Assembly (NCBI GenBank): GCA_951406725.2
Contig: OX597825.1
Span: forward strand, 19,034,001 to 19,098,000
Length of the DNA: 64,000 bases
Origin: Octopus vulgaris
Taxonomy: Eukaryota
Direction: 5' to 3'
Shown: piece after piece, positions 41,122-56,386 of the stretch
Layout: each line of letters begins with the position of its first letter
Position numbering within the stretch: the first letter of the stretch is position 1
Program-made: the position numbers and the translations under genes
Notes under the pieces: model-generated
Told to the model about the DNA's origin: nothing
The model's input: only the letters and a program-made list of their open reading frames with translations
Database searches by the model: none

Positions 41122-41298
41122 TATATACATACATATATATATATATATATACATTTATACACATACATATATATGTATATGTATAAATGTGTATATATAT
41201 ATATATATACACATTTATACATATACATATATATGCATATATATATATATATATACATATATATACATATATACATATATATACATACATATATATAT

Positions 41299-41349
<51 letters not shown>

Positions 41350-41542
41350 TAGATATATGACATGATGCACATGTGTTGTACATGGGTATGTAAGTGTATG
41401 ATAACATTTGTGTGTTGATAGGAAGCATAATTATCAGGAGAAGCAAACCTAAAACTCGAACCTATGTGCATATATTAACCGCATAATAGAAGTGTGTATA
41501 ATTGTACGATCATAAAAACATACACGTACCTATATATGTATG

Positions 41543-41622
<80 letters not shown>

Positions 41623-41648
41623 TATGTATATACATATATTTATTTATT

Positions 41649-41682
<34 letters not shown>

Positions 41683-42486
41683 CGTATAAATGTAGATTCA
41701 CACACATGATAATATAAATTGAAATTCTATTTCGCTGTTGAAACAGAGCTATAATTTGTTGATGGTTCATAAAAGAGATCTCTTAGCGTAAAATCATCAC
41801 TTCAAAAGAATTGCATAAATCCACCAGGTGTTTGCATATTTTCAGAATTCTTTAAATTAATTATTTTCATTGTCATGTTTTAAATTAATTAGTGCATATT
41901 TTCTCACACTTTCAACTTGCCTCTGAAATCACTGGAACAGAAAAATAATTCGAGAAAAAGATTCTTTTGAAAATCCGAACGTTCTGCACATCAGTCATCC
42001 CGCATCAGTATTCGTTATGTCTAAATGTATAATTTTCTTTTCTAAATTTCCTCTCCTCACGTAGGAAAGAAGAAATGCTAGCTGTTTCCAATGGTGTGAA
42101 ATTACCTCATTCGGTTTTCCCAGAACCTGTTTCTAATGTTAACCAATATGAATTAGTAAAAAAAAAAAAAAATCTATTCTGCACTGCTTATAAGATCCAA
42201 AACATTTGTTTGTTCCCCCGAAATATCAGAATGTTTACTAACTGTTCATAGAATTCTATTCCAAATAAAATACGCTTTTAACTAGTTATTTTAATATTCA
42301 TATGTTACCAAATTCCGCCGAGGTCGACTTTGCCTTTCATTCTTTCAAGGTCAATAAATCAAACACCACTTGCGTACTGGGGTAGAACCAATCGACTGGC
42401 CCCCAAAAGGTTCGGGCCTTGTGCCGAGAGTAGAAAAGAATATAATATATTTAAAGGCGGCGAGCTGGCAGAATCGTTAGCAAGCA

Positions 42487-42630
42487 AGATGATGATGACG
42501 AGGAGGAGGAGGATGACAACGACGACGATGATGATGATGATGATGATGATGATGACAATGTTGATCATGATGATCATGATGATCATGATTATGATGACGA
42601 CGACGATGATGATGAAGATGACAATGATGG

Positions 42631-42705
<75 letters not shown>

Positions 42706-42724
42706 CGATGATGATGATGATGAT
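42487..42724. repeat. (GAT)n trinucleotide microsatellite
   Basis: Directly visible. Confidence 0.95.
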
Positions 42725-42929
42725 CGAAGAAATATTTTTTCAATCATCAAACGATTAGAATTTCTGAATGATTTCCCCCGAAACATCTTCAGATCTACCG
42801 GAATCATGGTTTCAGAGATCTTCCTTTTCTAATCCTGATTTACTGATTAAAAAATCTGAAGGTCGTTAAAGGTAGGTAAATAGTAATCTTTATGTTAAGG
42901 AAACGGCTGATAGCAGTGAATTTATTATA

Positions 42930-44217
42930 TCAGGTCATCGCATAAATTCTGTCCGAATTTTGAATAAAGAAAACAAGTGATCAAATGTTATATTTAATTG
43001 AAATTTAATCATCAATGTACTTTCCCTGATTATCTATGACTTCGTTTCATCTATTTACTAGCTTTTTAATCCCATTAATTTAAAACTCTTGGTTTCAAAG
43101 CAAAGAACTCTGAAATGTCAGTTTCGACCGCCTCCATGCTTGCGAAAGTTATGTCCCCGAAATGTTTCTGTAAACTACGAAACAAATGGTAGTCTGAAGG
43201 AGCAAATTAGAGACAAAAAGGTGGATAAGGAATTTGTTTCCCAACCAAGCTCTTTGATCTTCTGTGATGTGATCTTTGCAGTGTGGAGTCGCGCATTGTC
43301 CTGATGAATCACCACTCCTTTTCGATTCACTGAAGCTTATCTCTTTTTCTTCAAAGCTTGGTTCAAACATTCTAATTGCTGACAGTAGACTTGAGCATTG
43401 ATTGTTGCATTAGGTGGTAACAATTCAAAGGGAATTACTCCTTTGCAATCCCATCAGATAGAGAGAAGAAACTTTTTTCCATGAAGTTCCCTTTTCGGTT
43501 GTGGTTGAGCTTTTCCCCTTTTACCAAGCCACTGTTTACGACGTTTAACATATCCATAGAAGATCCATTTTTCGTCACCAGTTACAAGTCTATCCAAAAA
43601 GTGTGAAATAAGTTCGCGAGAATGAGTAGAAAAGCAGATGTCAACTCGGGATTTGCGGTTGCTTTCGGACAATTCATGAGGCACCCATTTTCCAAGTTTA
43701 GGAATCTTTAGAAGTTGTTGAAGATGACGATGAACAGTTGTATGGTTTGAACTAGGCTTTATTGCCAATTCTTCAACTGACAATGCAGGATTTTCTTCAA
43801 GTAATGCCTCAAGGAGCTTATCATCAAACTCAACTGGACCTCTTGTTCGATCTTCATCTTCAAGTCTGAAATCCCTGCTTCTGAATTTTGCAAACCACCT
43901 TTTGCAAGTTCTTTCATTCAAGCATTTCCCCCCATAAAATTAGTGAATATTTTGAGTGGCTTCGGCTGCAGAGTTTCCTTTTTTGTACTCATAAAGCATT
44001 ATGTGCCTCAAATGCTCATTCGATACTACCATGTTTGAAAGTGTTCTAATCAAAGAAATTTCAATTCTATTATTCTGTAAAATAATATTTAATCAGTTTA
44101 AATGTACACAAATGCATAAAAATAAATTTTTCATTCCATTAGACATTCTAAAATGCTATTAAATTTCATTCAATTTTAAAAGATGTAAAATCGGACAGAA
44201 CCTATGTGATGATCTTA
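42930..44217 (-). mobile_element. Full-length (~1.29 kb) mariner with pseudogenised transposase (43005-44032)
   Basis: TIRs TCAGGTCATCGCATAAATTCTGTCCGAATTT / AAAATCGGACAGAACCTATGTGATGATCTTA flanked by TA; motifs GKWVPHEL, RLVTGDEKW and APSDYHLF; frameshifts. Confidence 0.93.
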
Positions 44218-44421
44218 TAATGACAATTAATAATCTATTCTCTTCATTTTCCACTCATCTATTCTACTGTCGATGGAAGAATATGAAAATCAAAATGGAA
44301 TAATAGTAGCCGTATAGTTTTGAACTTTACTTATAGAGGTATTTATTTGTATATATTTACGTTCTTAAGTCAAATATCGACTTTTGTATTTATTCCAATA
44401 GTTTCGACATGTTTTATTTTT

Positions 44422-44766
44422 GGGGTCTTTTCATTTTGATCGGCAGATTTTTGAAATAATTTCTATGTAATTAAACACTTTTAAACTTCGTATACTGGTA
44501 GTGTGTTACTTAAAACACCGCAAATTATTGTTGTTGACAAAATACGGCAGATATTGAATTCACCTCAATAGACGTCATTGATTGGTTGAAATTGCCGAAA
44601 TGCAAGAAATTAAACAACAAATAGCTTACAAATTACAAAATTTTCTCAAGAAAGCCAAGAGAAAAAGATGTTTTATGTAACACATTCTACCAGTATATGA
44701 AGTTTAACAGTGTTTAGTTACATGGAAATTATTTTTAAAATCTGCCGGTCAAAGTAAAATGATCCT
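44422..44766. mobile_element. MITE, 345 bp, ~100-bp imperfect TIRs, 6-bp TSD ATTTTT
   Basis: GGGGTCTTTTCATTTTGATCGGCAGATTTT... / ...AAAATCTGCCGGTCAAAGTAAAATGATCCT; ATTTTT at 44416-44421 and 44767-44772. Confidence 0.8.
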
Positions 44767-45958
44767 ATTTTTAATGTTTTAGCGTCGAGACAATTTCTTA
44801 CAGTCTCTTCTATAGAATGGAATTTGACAAGAGACAAATTTCAAAATTTAAAATTTTGCAAAACGAAGTTGTGACCAATTTAGTTTGGTACATGATACTG
44901 AATCCTTTTTAACTCTCTAGATAAATAAATAAAGAAAATCTTTCGTTACACATGTTTTGCTTTCAGATTATGCATGTTCATATTTCCGTATTCACACCCA
45001 CCTAAGATATGCCTTCTGTATGTATAGTGATTAACTGAAATAATGTTTCATATTACCACGGATATAAATTTTGATTTCCATCCGTTTTATATTGAGAGAA
45101 CAAGCACCTTCCCGTCATGCATCTGTATCGTTTCCAAGCCGTCGCTGGATGTGAATACAGAGTTTTGGCAAGAGTCTTCAGAACGTAGGTTTCCTTCTAA
45201 TTATATTGAGATCAAATCCTTCTGTGATTGACCAGCTCATTAATTTCTCTGATTTCGTTAAGGAAATTTTGGATAATGTACTTGCGTATATTTCATCAAC
45301 TTGCATCTATTTCATGAACTTTTATCAAGTTCCACCTTCATTATAATTTTCTGGTCATGTGGATCAAGACCAATTCTATAATTATCTACCTTTAACAATA
45401 TCATTTGAAGCAGATGATTTAGAACGGATATTTGGATATACGGAACCTTAATATAGGTTCTTTAAGAGCTGACTTCATCCATCGTGTCTAGTTAGTTTGG
45501 GAAGTAGAATTACGAATGCAGTTCCGTAGGTAGTAGAAAATTCTCAACTGTAAGCATTTTAGTGCATTATACTTTAAGTTTTGAGACTTATTAAATTCTA
45601 AAGTGTTGCAGTCTAATATATACAAATATGGGAATGGTCTCTCCCGCTGTAACTTTTAGTTATTCATCAACGGGAGAAATACATACGAAATGTATGATGC
45701 TCTGACGGAAATAATTGTAGAACGGAATGTATTATTCAAATTAAATTTCAAATACCGTTATGGTGATTTGAAAGATATTCTTTGAAATCGATAGCTAAAT
45801 ACCAGGCATATTCTTAGGCTGCTTTCGGCTGTGTAAATCAATATGAAAGTTGAACCGTTACTTAGTTAAATGAATTAATATGAATTACGCTTCATATTTA
45901 CGGTCGGAACAACACAAAGTTTATCAGAAGAAGAGTAAAATTACACAAGTTGACTATA

Positions 45959-46143
45959 GACCAATATATGAAAGGTGCTTTGAGAATGAGTGGGAATGTT
46001 ATAGCTAGTGTGGGTCACTTCTTCAATATTCTTTTAAAAGTGAGATGGTTCTTCAAAGCAAGTTTTGTCCGAACATGTACACCACACACACAAACATTAT
46101 ATACGTATATATACATACATATACACTCACACACGGTCTCTCT

Positions 46144-46175
<32 letters not shown>

Positions 46176-46228
46176 CATATATACATGTATATATATATAT
46201 ATATATACATATATACATACATATATAA

Positions 46229-46309
<81 letters not shown>

Positions 46310-47465
46310 GACACACACACACACACACACACACATACAAATGTTATTATGTAGAGACGTTTCCACAAAGATATAACCGAATAAATTTCGGCCTGAACTG
46401 CTGTCCGTAATTATATCGTTCAGCGATGCTGGTATCACTAACATATCACTGGTGAACACCATAATTATAGATACTTAGATATAATCAACTTAATTTACTT
46501 CCCTCAATTAGACGGTGTTATTAATTGCTTTTCTCAACGTATTGCTCGTTATTTAATCATGGCTATATGCGGAACTTCTCTTTTATCTTAACGCATACTC
46601 TGCAATATGTATGCTGAGACTACCTCTGATGCTGCGAATTCTATTTGATGTGAACGAAGACAGAGCGGTAATTACCGGTCAAGACCATGCTTGTATTCAA
46701 ATTTGAAGAACGGGAATATATTTCATAGGCGTCATTTCACTAAGATAAGAATATAAACGAAAGTCTCAAACAACACAATGTGTTATAAGACAAATAAAAA
46801 TGCAGTAAAATTGCAATTCTTTGTAAATGCTTTCCCTATAATTTATAATTACTTAACACATATAGATTTCTGACTCTCTTACATCTGCTGAAGAATGCAA
46901 TAAAAGGTGAATATTGGTAATGGCAATAACCAGAATAATAAGCTTAAAGGGTTTAGCAAGCAGGTTATCACATTTTAAAATCCTCTAAGTTTTATATTTC
47001 TATATAATGGTTTCTACACATATCATATCGAAGTCCTTATTTTCACAAATTATCAAAGAATTGTACTGTTCATATGTTCAAAATGAAGCTCGGTTCTGAA
47101 TATTGTTTCATATTTATCGATTAATATTATTAGTTACTTCATGGTCCTTTGTTATTTACGGTCTATCGAGAACTACTTTATTCAATATGCCTTATTTTCC
47201 TATTTATAAATAGCAGTTTGGCCAACCACCTAAACTCTTCGAGTTTAACTTGTTGTAATTCAGTTTGTGTTAATAAGTGTGTGTGAGCGTGTGTGAGTGT
47301 ATATGTATGTATATATACGTATGTAATGTTTGTGTGTGTGGTGTACATGTACGGACAAAACTTGCTTTGAAGAACCATCTCACTTTTAAAAGAATATTGA
47401 AGAAGTGACCCACACTAGCTAGAATAATCCCACACGTTCTCAAAGCACCTTTCATATAGTGGTCT
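45959..47465. repeat. ~180-bp inverted repeat (45959-46135 / 47288-47465) with ~1.15-kb spacer
   Basis: TATATGAAAGGTGCTTTGAGAA...GTGTGGGTCACTTCTTCAATATTCTTTTAAAAGTGAGATGGTTCTTCAAAGCAAGTTTTGTCCG present in both orientations. Confidence 0.9.
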
Positions 47466-47940
47466 TGAAGAAAGGTACTATATCGTCCGTGCGATTGTTC
47501 TTGACCAGTCTCTATCCTTGTTAGTACCCCAAGCTTATTTCAAAGGCTTGTCACGTATTTCTATAGAAAGCTATGCTGGGGATCCACTACTTTTCTTTTC
47601 CCAAATGACTAACGAAAGAAGCAATCCTACAGATCTTGAGTGCTACAAACGGTTGTTCTTTGTGATACTAGCATACACTTCATCCCTATCTCGAACGACA
47701 AAGTAATTGGTAATTTTAAATCATTCAGATTTGAAATCTATTGCTGGACCCTTTCGTTTTTGCTATACATGTTAGATGGGATCTTTCCAAACGCCATAAT
47801 TTCGCTCCTGCTGTATTTTCACTACGGTTGACTTTCTTAGCCTTCTTTCTGTACGTTAACAGCATAGTTATACTAAATCTAACCATACCACATACCCACA
47901 CAGAAAAACATATATTCAAATATAATAATATAATAAATGC

Positions 47941-48183
47941 GCCCTTTTAAAGCCTAGCCAGGCTCATAGGCCCAGTTTCCCGGTTTCAGTGGCGGATGTG
48001 TTCCCCAGCTGTACCATCGCTGTCCATCGCAGCGCTACTCATTTTTGCCAGCTGAGTGGACTGGAGCAACGTGAAATGAAGTGTTTTGCTCAACAGCACA
48101 ACGCGTCACCCGGTGCAGGAATCCAAACCACAATCTTACAATCCTGATACTGACACCCTAACCACTAAGCCACGCGCCTCCGC
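47941..48183 (-). mobile_element. tRNA-derived SINE family D (V-SINE-like)
   Basis: Minus strand GGAGGCGCGTGGCTTAGTGGTTAG head, GCGATGGAC and GAAACCGGGAAAC blocks, (ATT)n tail. Confidence 0.65.
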
Positions 48184-48866
48184 ATTATATTTATATAGAG
48201 ACATACAAAGCCGAAACGTTGTGTGAACTACAAACAAGATGAGAACAAATATCCGTCAATTGTAAATAATGTAAATAATGTACATAATTCCTCATCTCTT
48301 AAACATAGAGCTGGACCCCATCAGAATTTGAACACAGCAAATGAAGGTCTGTAACAAGCTCCACAGTTTTACATTTCTCTTACATAGTAGTGGTTCTGCA
48401 ATCCACCATCTTTCATAGATAAGTAAAATATTGTTTGATTATCATTCGTATTTATATAAAGTACAGTGACGTCTTGAAAACCCTGCAATCCCAACGAACA
48501 CCTTCAATGGTTACCTATTAAATATGTACTTGCAATTGATATTTCTAACGTTCGCTTACAAGCCCATTCAACTTGCACGAGATTATATATTCGGTAAAAT
48601 ATTGCCCTTTCAATGAAAGAACTCTTTTTTTTTTTTTGGTCGAAAATGTGTATATTCATTGTATTGTATGGTTAGCTAAATGAATACACATTTTTCATCG
48701 AAATTTCTAGAATGGGATGTTTACATTCATCAAGTAGTGGAAAGTTATAATTTGAGCTTGTGACGTACATATGAATGAAAAAAAAAAATACGTGATTTAT
48801 ATCTTCTGTTAAGTCTTTGAAAATATTCTTTTATAAACCAACTTCAAGAGTAGACACAGAATTGCA

Positions 48867-49060
<194 letters not shown>

Positions 49061-49503
49061 CCTTCTCCATAGAACTCTACTCGAGATTTTTTTTTTCTTT
49101 CCCATGTGGTAGAAGGATGCTTCGAGGATAATAGATTTTATTTGGTATCTTAGGAAACCTTTGAAATTAGAATTATATTGTAATCGAAATTTCCGTTTTT
49201 AGCAAGTTGAATTCATAGGGCTATTTCGTTGCCTTGGCGGTATATAATGGTGTGTCATGTTTTCCTCAGAGTATAAAAGAAAAAAAATACCATAAGACAC
49301 ACATAGACAAACATACACACACATAAGGAAAAGCTCATACACACTCAGGTGTATATACATATACTTAGACACACACACACAAATCTGTAACTTTGGTAAT
49401 TACACACCTCAACGGAAGAGCATATCCGCATATAAATGTATTTGTGTGTATGGGTGTGTGTGCCTGTATATGTATATACATTTAGATATATGTGTGAGTG
49501 TAT

Positions 49504-49659
<156 letters not shown>

Positions 49660-50432
49660 CAGACACATTCATATGGATAAATATATTTCTTTCTGTATGA
49701 ATATACACACCCACAAATTTATACGTATGTATATGTGTATAGGTACGTTTATATATATATAAATGTATATATACATATATATGTCTGTGCGTGTGTATGT
49801 GTGCATTTATGTATGTATATATGTATGTATAGGCAAGTGCCTGAGTATATAAGTATCTATGTATGATTTTTGCTCTTCTATATAGAAAAAAAATTCCCCC
49901 CTCAGAGAACTTGTGTATGTATAAGCATGAGAGAGAGAGAGAGCGAGTGTGTGTGTGCTTGTGTGTGAGTGTGTGTGTTTGTGTGTGCGTATGAGAGAGA
50001 TAGAGAGAGATTTTACAGACAAATTAGATGTGGGAAGCAGTAAGTAGTTATTCTAAATCGATTATCCTATTGATTTATAGCAATTTTATTTCTTGTAACT
50101 AAAAAAATAAAAAATAAAAATGCAATTTAAATATCCTTATAAAAAGAAATCTCTCGCTCTCTCTTCCACCTTACGGAATGATGGGAAATAATAAGGAATA
50201 TACTCGTGTCCGTTTTTCTTCACAATCTTCTTAATGTTATTCTTGTTCCAGTTGTTTCTTTTATGGCTGTCGTTGTGGTAATGGTAGTGTTAACACGGAT
50301 GGTATTTGAATACGTATGTGCCTATTTCCCATCATATATATCATCAGTGGGTTCCGACCCGTGATCCGCAGATCCGTGGTGATCCACAAAGGTAGTGCTG
50401 AAAGTCCGTGAACTGAATTGAAAATTTCATAT

Positions 50433-50925
<493 letters not shown>

Positions 50926-50940
50926 GACAGACAGACAGAC

Positions 50941-50977
<37 letters not shown>

Positions 50978-50978
50978 T

Positions 50979-51050
<72 letters not shown>

Positions 51051-51167
51051 ATAATAAAATGGGTCCTTTGTAGTGAAATGTTTGGGAAGTACGGTATTAT
51101 ATGAATAACATAGAAAACGCACACATCCGTATATGATTTAATATTATATTATATCATATCATAGCTA

Positions 51168-52436
51168 TCAAGTTGAGTAAAAAGTAAGCAACGTTTTGAA
51201 CCATGAAGAACATTTTCCGGATTTTTGGAGAGTTTTATATACTTTTTTAAACATTCTTTTGCAATTGTCTGATAAAACAAACATAGACTTGCTCAAATGT
51301 ATCAAAGAATTAATATTGATATTTTTTGTACTGTTAATACAATCAACTGAAATGGAACTGTCAAAGCGCAATATTCGAGCAATTTTGCTATCGCTCTTCA
51401 AAAAAGCATGTAAAGCAGCTGAAACCGCTCGCGATATCAACGAAACGTTTGGCGAGGAAATGATCAGTGAGGGGTCAGCCAGAAAATGGTTTAAACGATT
51501 TCGCACTGGCGACATGAGCCTTGAAGTTCATGAGCGTAATGGACGACCATCTGTCATCGATGATGGTTAATTAAAGACCTTCATTGACAAATTTCCTCGT
51601 AAAACCACTCGTAAAATGGCAAAAGAACTGCACGTTAGCCAAAAAATCTGTCTATGACCATTTGCATGCGATCGGAAAATCAAAAAAGCCCGACAAGTCG
51701 GTACCACACGATTTAAATGAAATTTAGAAAATTCGCAAATATGAAATTTGCTCGTCGTTTCTTCTCCGTAGCAAGACTGGTCCATTTCTCGATCGTATGG
51801 TAACTTGCGATGAAAAGTAGATTCTCTACAATAAAAAAAAAAAGATCTTCACAGTGGTCGGACCAAAATGAAGAACCGAAACCTTACCTAAACCAGAGCT
51901 TTTCAAAAAGTAGGTTATGGTGTCTCTTTGGTGTTGTACAGCTGGACTCATCCACTCTAATTCCTTACAACCAGGACAAACCATTATTGCAGAAACTTAT
52001 TGCCATGAAATTGCCAAAATGAACGAAAAACTGCTAATCCTCAGTCTCAGACTGGGCGACAGAAGAGGGCCAATCATTCTTCTTGACAATTCTCTGGCAC
52101 ACGTTTCACTAATGACGCTCCAAAAGTTGAGGGAACTTGGCTACTAAGTTCTTTCCCACCCAGCTTATTCCCCAGACGTTTCTCCTACTGCCTACCACTT
52201 CTTCAAGCACGTTGATGGTTTCCTGCAAGAGAAAGTGTTCAAATTGCGTTCAAAGAGTTGATCAGCTCCAAAGCTCCAGGTTTTTACAGTACCGGAATAA
52301 ACAAACTTGTAACTCGTTGTTAAAAATGTGTTTATTTTAATGGTACTTACTTTGATGAAAGAAATTTCCGCATCGTTGAAATATATTGCGTGGAATTTTA
52401 CGTTTCAAAACGTTGCTTATTTTTTACTCAAATTGA
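51168..52436 (+). mobile_element. Full-length (~1.27 kb) mariner with pseudogenised transposase (from ATG 51352)
   Basis: TIRs TCAAGTTGAGTAAAAAGTAAGCAACGTTTTGAA / TTCAAAACGTTGCTTATTTTTTACTCAAATTGA with TA; MELSKRNIRAILL..KAAETARDINETFG..KWFKRFRTGD, DRMVTCDEK*, HPAYSPDVSPT. Confidence 0.93.
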
Positions 52437-52744
52437 TATAATATCAATGAGCATCCGGGTCTTGGCATGCAGTTGCCTGTGGATATATGTTGTGGGTATA
52501 TGTACTAAAAAGTAGAAATACATGTGTAACATTCATACTAAAGCTGGCGAAAGATTTTCGGACGATACTGATATATTCGTTTTGGTATTTAACACAGTAC
52601 GTCCATTTAAAAATAGCCCTGGAGAATACCGCACCTTATTTTGCTTTCCGTGATGTAATGATGTTAGGTAAGACATGCAGATCGCTATTTTAGTCCAATA
52701 CTGCTTATGTTTCACATAACTCTCTGTGTATGTGTGTGTATATA

Positions 52745-52821
<77 letters not shown>

Positions 52822-53408
52822 GATTGTGTGTGTATACACATGCACATATTCACCAAATTTCTGTACGAAAATATATTTCTGATATTGTCAGAGAGCCATG
52901 TAAAAAAGTATCATATTGCTGTATTAAAACTAAAATTCTAACTTCTCACTTCTTACTGTATTTCCACTGGGAACAATGACTGATATTATTTTTATTCTTA
53001 CTTAATTAACACCCAGCAATATTATCTATAAAATATAGCATCAAATCAGTTTCCATTATAATTAGTTAGCACTTTCGCCTTCAAATAAAACTCCCATAGA
53101 CTTCTCATGTACAAGAGAATTCAACCAGCGTCAGTCATAACTATGACCAGTCAATGAAGTAACATCATAATAGTATTGCTTGTCGACATGAATCCGTTCT
53201 TTTGCATATCTGAGGATAGGATTTTTAATGTGTATTTTTTTTTTCTTAGAAGAGTTACGTGTGATTTGAAGGAACATTTGATTATCACATCTTTCGGCTC
53301 AAGGGACAGTTTGATATCACACACACCTCTGAAATCCTCCATTGGCATCGTCTACATCAATGATTCTCAAACGTTTTCCTCTCTGAACCCATTTGGTTCC
53401 TATTTTAC

Positions 53409-53640
53409 AAGGTGGCGAGCTGGCAGAAACGTTAGCACGCCGGGCGAAATGCGTAGCCGTATTTCGTCTGCCGTTAAGTTCTGAGTTCAAATTCTGCCAA
53501 TGTCGACTTTGCCTTTCATCCTTTCGGGGTCGATAAATAAAGTATCAGTTACGCACTGGGGTCGATGTAATCGACTTCATCCGTTTGTCTGTCCTTGTTT
53601 GTCCCCTCTATGTTTAACCCCTTGTGGGTAATAAAGAAAC
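53409..53640 (+). mobile_element. SINE family A, full length
   Basis: Family head, core and tail; CATATTTTACA on both flanks. Confidence 0.9.
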
Positions 53641-53677
53641 ATATTTTACATTCGATGTTTGAAAATTCCTATTGCAG

Positions 53678-54000
53678 ACACAGGCGTGGCTATGTCGTAA
53701 GAAGCTTGCTTCCCAACCACACAGTACCGAGTTCAGTCGCACTGCGTTACACCTTGAGCCAGTGTCTTCTACTATAGCCTCAAGCCAACCAAAGCCTTGT
53801 GAGTGGATTTGATAGACAGACACTGAAGGAAGCCTGACGTGTATAAGTGTTCGTCTGTCCATATTTGTACCCCATCACCGCTTGACAACCAGTACTGAAA
53901 TGTTTATGTCTCCCTAACTTAGCTGTTCGGCAAAAGAACCGACAGGATAAGTACCATGCGGTGCCCCAGCATGGACCAGTCTAATGACTGAAACATGTAA
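53678..54000 (+). mobile_element. SINE family B, degenerate
   Basis: GGCGTGGCTATGTCGTAAG head, AGCCTTGTGAGTGGATTTG, AATGACTGAAAC tail. Confidence 0.75.
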
Positions 54001-54864
54001 GGAAGATACTTTTATAATTAGATATTATTAGGAATTGTATTTAAATAAATGTCAACATATTTTGTTTATTGTACAAGTATAATCGTTTTGTTGTACAGAA
54101 ATTTTAACAGTAACATTTAATACGGATCCGCAAGGACCATTTGAACTAGTTGAGAACCATTGACCAATACACACATATCTATAAACCACTTTACTGTTGC
54201 TAGTTCTAATACTTATTCCTTCATTCTTTTGACTAGCTCTGTTATTTGAGATACTACATTTATTCGTTAAAGAGACAGAAATTTTAGATTAAAGATAAGA
54301 AACTCACAGTAAATGTCATTGCGTTCCTAATGCTGTTTCTACAGTTGAGAAATGTTCTGATTCTTCAAACACCTGAAGAAAATAGTTATAACCCTTGCCA
54401 TGTAGAAATTACACTGAATAACCTTATTTCGCTGTAACAAAAGTAAAACCGATAAATTAAACTGTACATACGGAAATATTGGAACCTTTTTATAGCCTTG
54501 TGTATAGTATATGAAGTATTCGTGGGATATTTGAAAGTGACTAACACAATATGCAACAATTTTATTCTTTCGCTTTTAAATACTACTCAGAAAAGTCATT
54601 GAAGATAACATAGACTAAATTTATATAATACCAATGTCTCTTGATCTTTTATTGTTGAAAACGCTTTCATAAAATAAACAGTTAACAAGAACGAAATGTA
54701 CGGGCATCAATAAGGTAATGTGTATGGTATTGAATTTGTAGCCTGAATTTCAGACTGAACGTGGACATTTCCAGAAATATATGGTATGGCAAACAAGTGC
54801 GTTTATGAACATTTTAAAATTCTGGAACTAAATCTTTTGAATCTTCATTGCCTCTCTTTTTCTT

Positions 54865-54913
<49 letters not shown>

Positions 54914-56386
54914 TACACACATACATACACATATACATACACAAGTTTCTGAAGATAGAGGGAAGTCGATTAAAACGACCTCAATATTCGTCTGGTATTT
55001 ATTCTATCGACCAGGAAAGGCAAAGTAGACCTGGGCGGAATTTGAACGCAGAACGCAAAGACGGACGAAATGCTGCTTAGCATTTTTTCCGAGGTGGTAG
55101 CGATACTGCCAGATCACCGGTTATTGGAGTTATAATTAATGCTTAAATCAATCCCCAGGCCACGGATTACCAGTAGCAACTTTCTCTTTAAAGAATTCAT
55201 CTTTGAAACAGACACACGCGTATAAACACTACAAACTCTCCAGAAGGTCGATGCATTTTTAATGTCCTCGCTGGACATGTGATTGTCAACATGAGTTAGG
55301 AGGACATCATGAACGTTTGTTGTTCTGGAATGTAATCATTTGGTAAATAATTATTTATCAGATTTTGGGTAGGACATAGAACAGGACAGAGAGTGATGGT
55401 AGGTTAAGAAACGTAGTTTTGTTCTTTAATATCGAACTCACTTCTTATTGAACACAGGAAGTTATGTACATGACATCCAAGCCAGTGCCCAACTATACTT
55501 ATTCTATCGACCTAAAAGTTTGATAGGGAAAACAGATTTAGGCGGAATTTGAACTTAGATCATAATGAGTGACAAAATGCCGCTAAGCATTTTGCCCGTC
55601 GTGCCAACGATTCTGGCAGCTCTCCGCTTTCAGCATACGTAATGTTAAACGCAGCAAACCGCGGTAATTCCATCTTCCTGAAAAGCCTATTGAATGTAGG
55701 AATGTTGGATTATATTCTTCTGTGAGACATCCATGTTTGAAATGATTTGTCGAAGATGTAGCAAAACTGCTATTTCTAGCGATTAGAGTTACTGGTGCTG
55801 TGTTCACCTTTCAGCTTCAGAAAGTCCTTTTTTTTTTTTTTTTTTTTCTATTAGTATATTCAGTTTCTCTTACATTAAGGCTTACATAAATTCAGAAATC
55901 AAAATGGAAAAGACAATATGAAGAAACAGAAGAATTACACTAGAAATTTCAGGAAATGATACTCGTAATATAAATTTCAAGTTTTAGCAACACAACCAAC
56001 AATTCCGAGGGCAGGGGCTAGGTGATTACATCGACCCCAGTTTACTGACCCCAAACGCACGAAAGGAAAAATAGACCTCGGCGGAACTTTTATTCAGAAC
56101 ACAAAGACGGACGAAACGCTGCTATGCGTTTTGCCCCGCGTACAAACGATTCTGCTTGTTCGCCGCCTTCGCGTGAAAGGATAAAATAAAAAGACGGTTA
56201 GTCTTAATTGAAACGCAGTGAACGTATAAAGAGACAGAAATAGCAATCCACAATGACATGTAACCACACATTTTCTTTCAGTTCACACCGGTACCGATCT
56301 ACAGTTTTAGCAAGTGAGATTTTGTAAACAGAAATATTATTTTGTGAGATACGCAAATATAAATTCCTACTTGTCCATTTGATATG

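Noticed and set aside
48195-48310. GCCGAAACGTTGTG, resembling the 3' half of a PLE-type hammerhead
   Set aside because: No upstream CUGANGA box or stem partner; too truncated to call.
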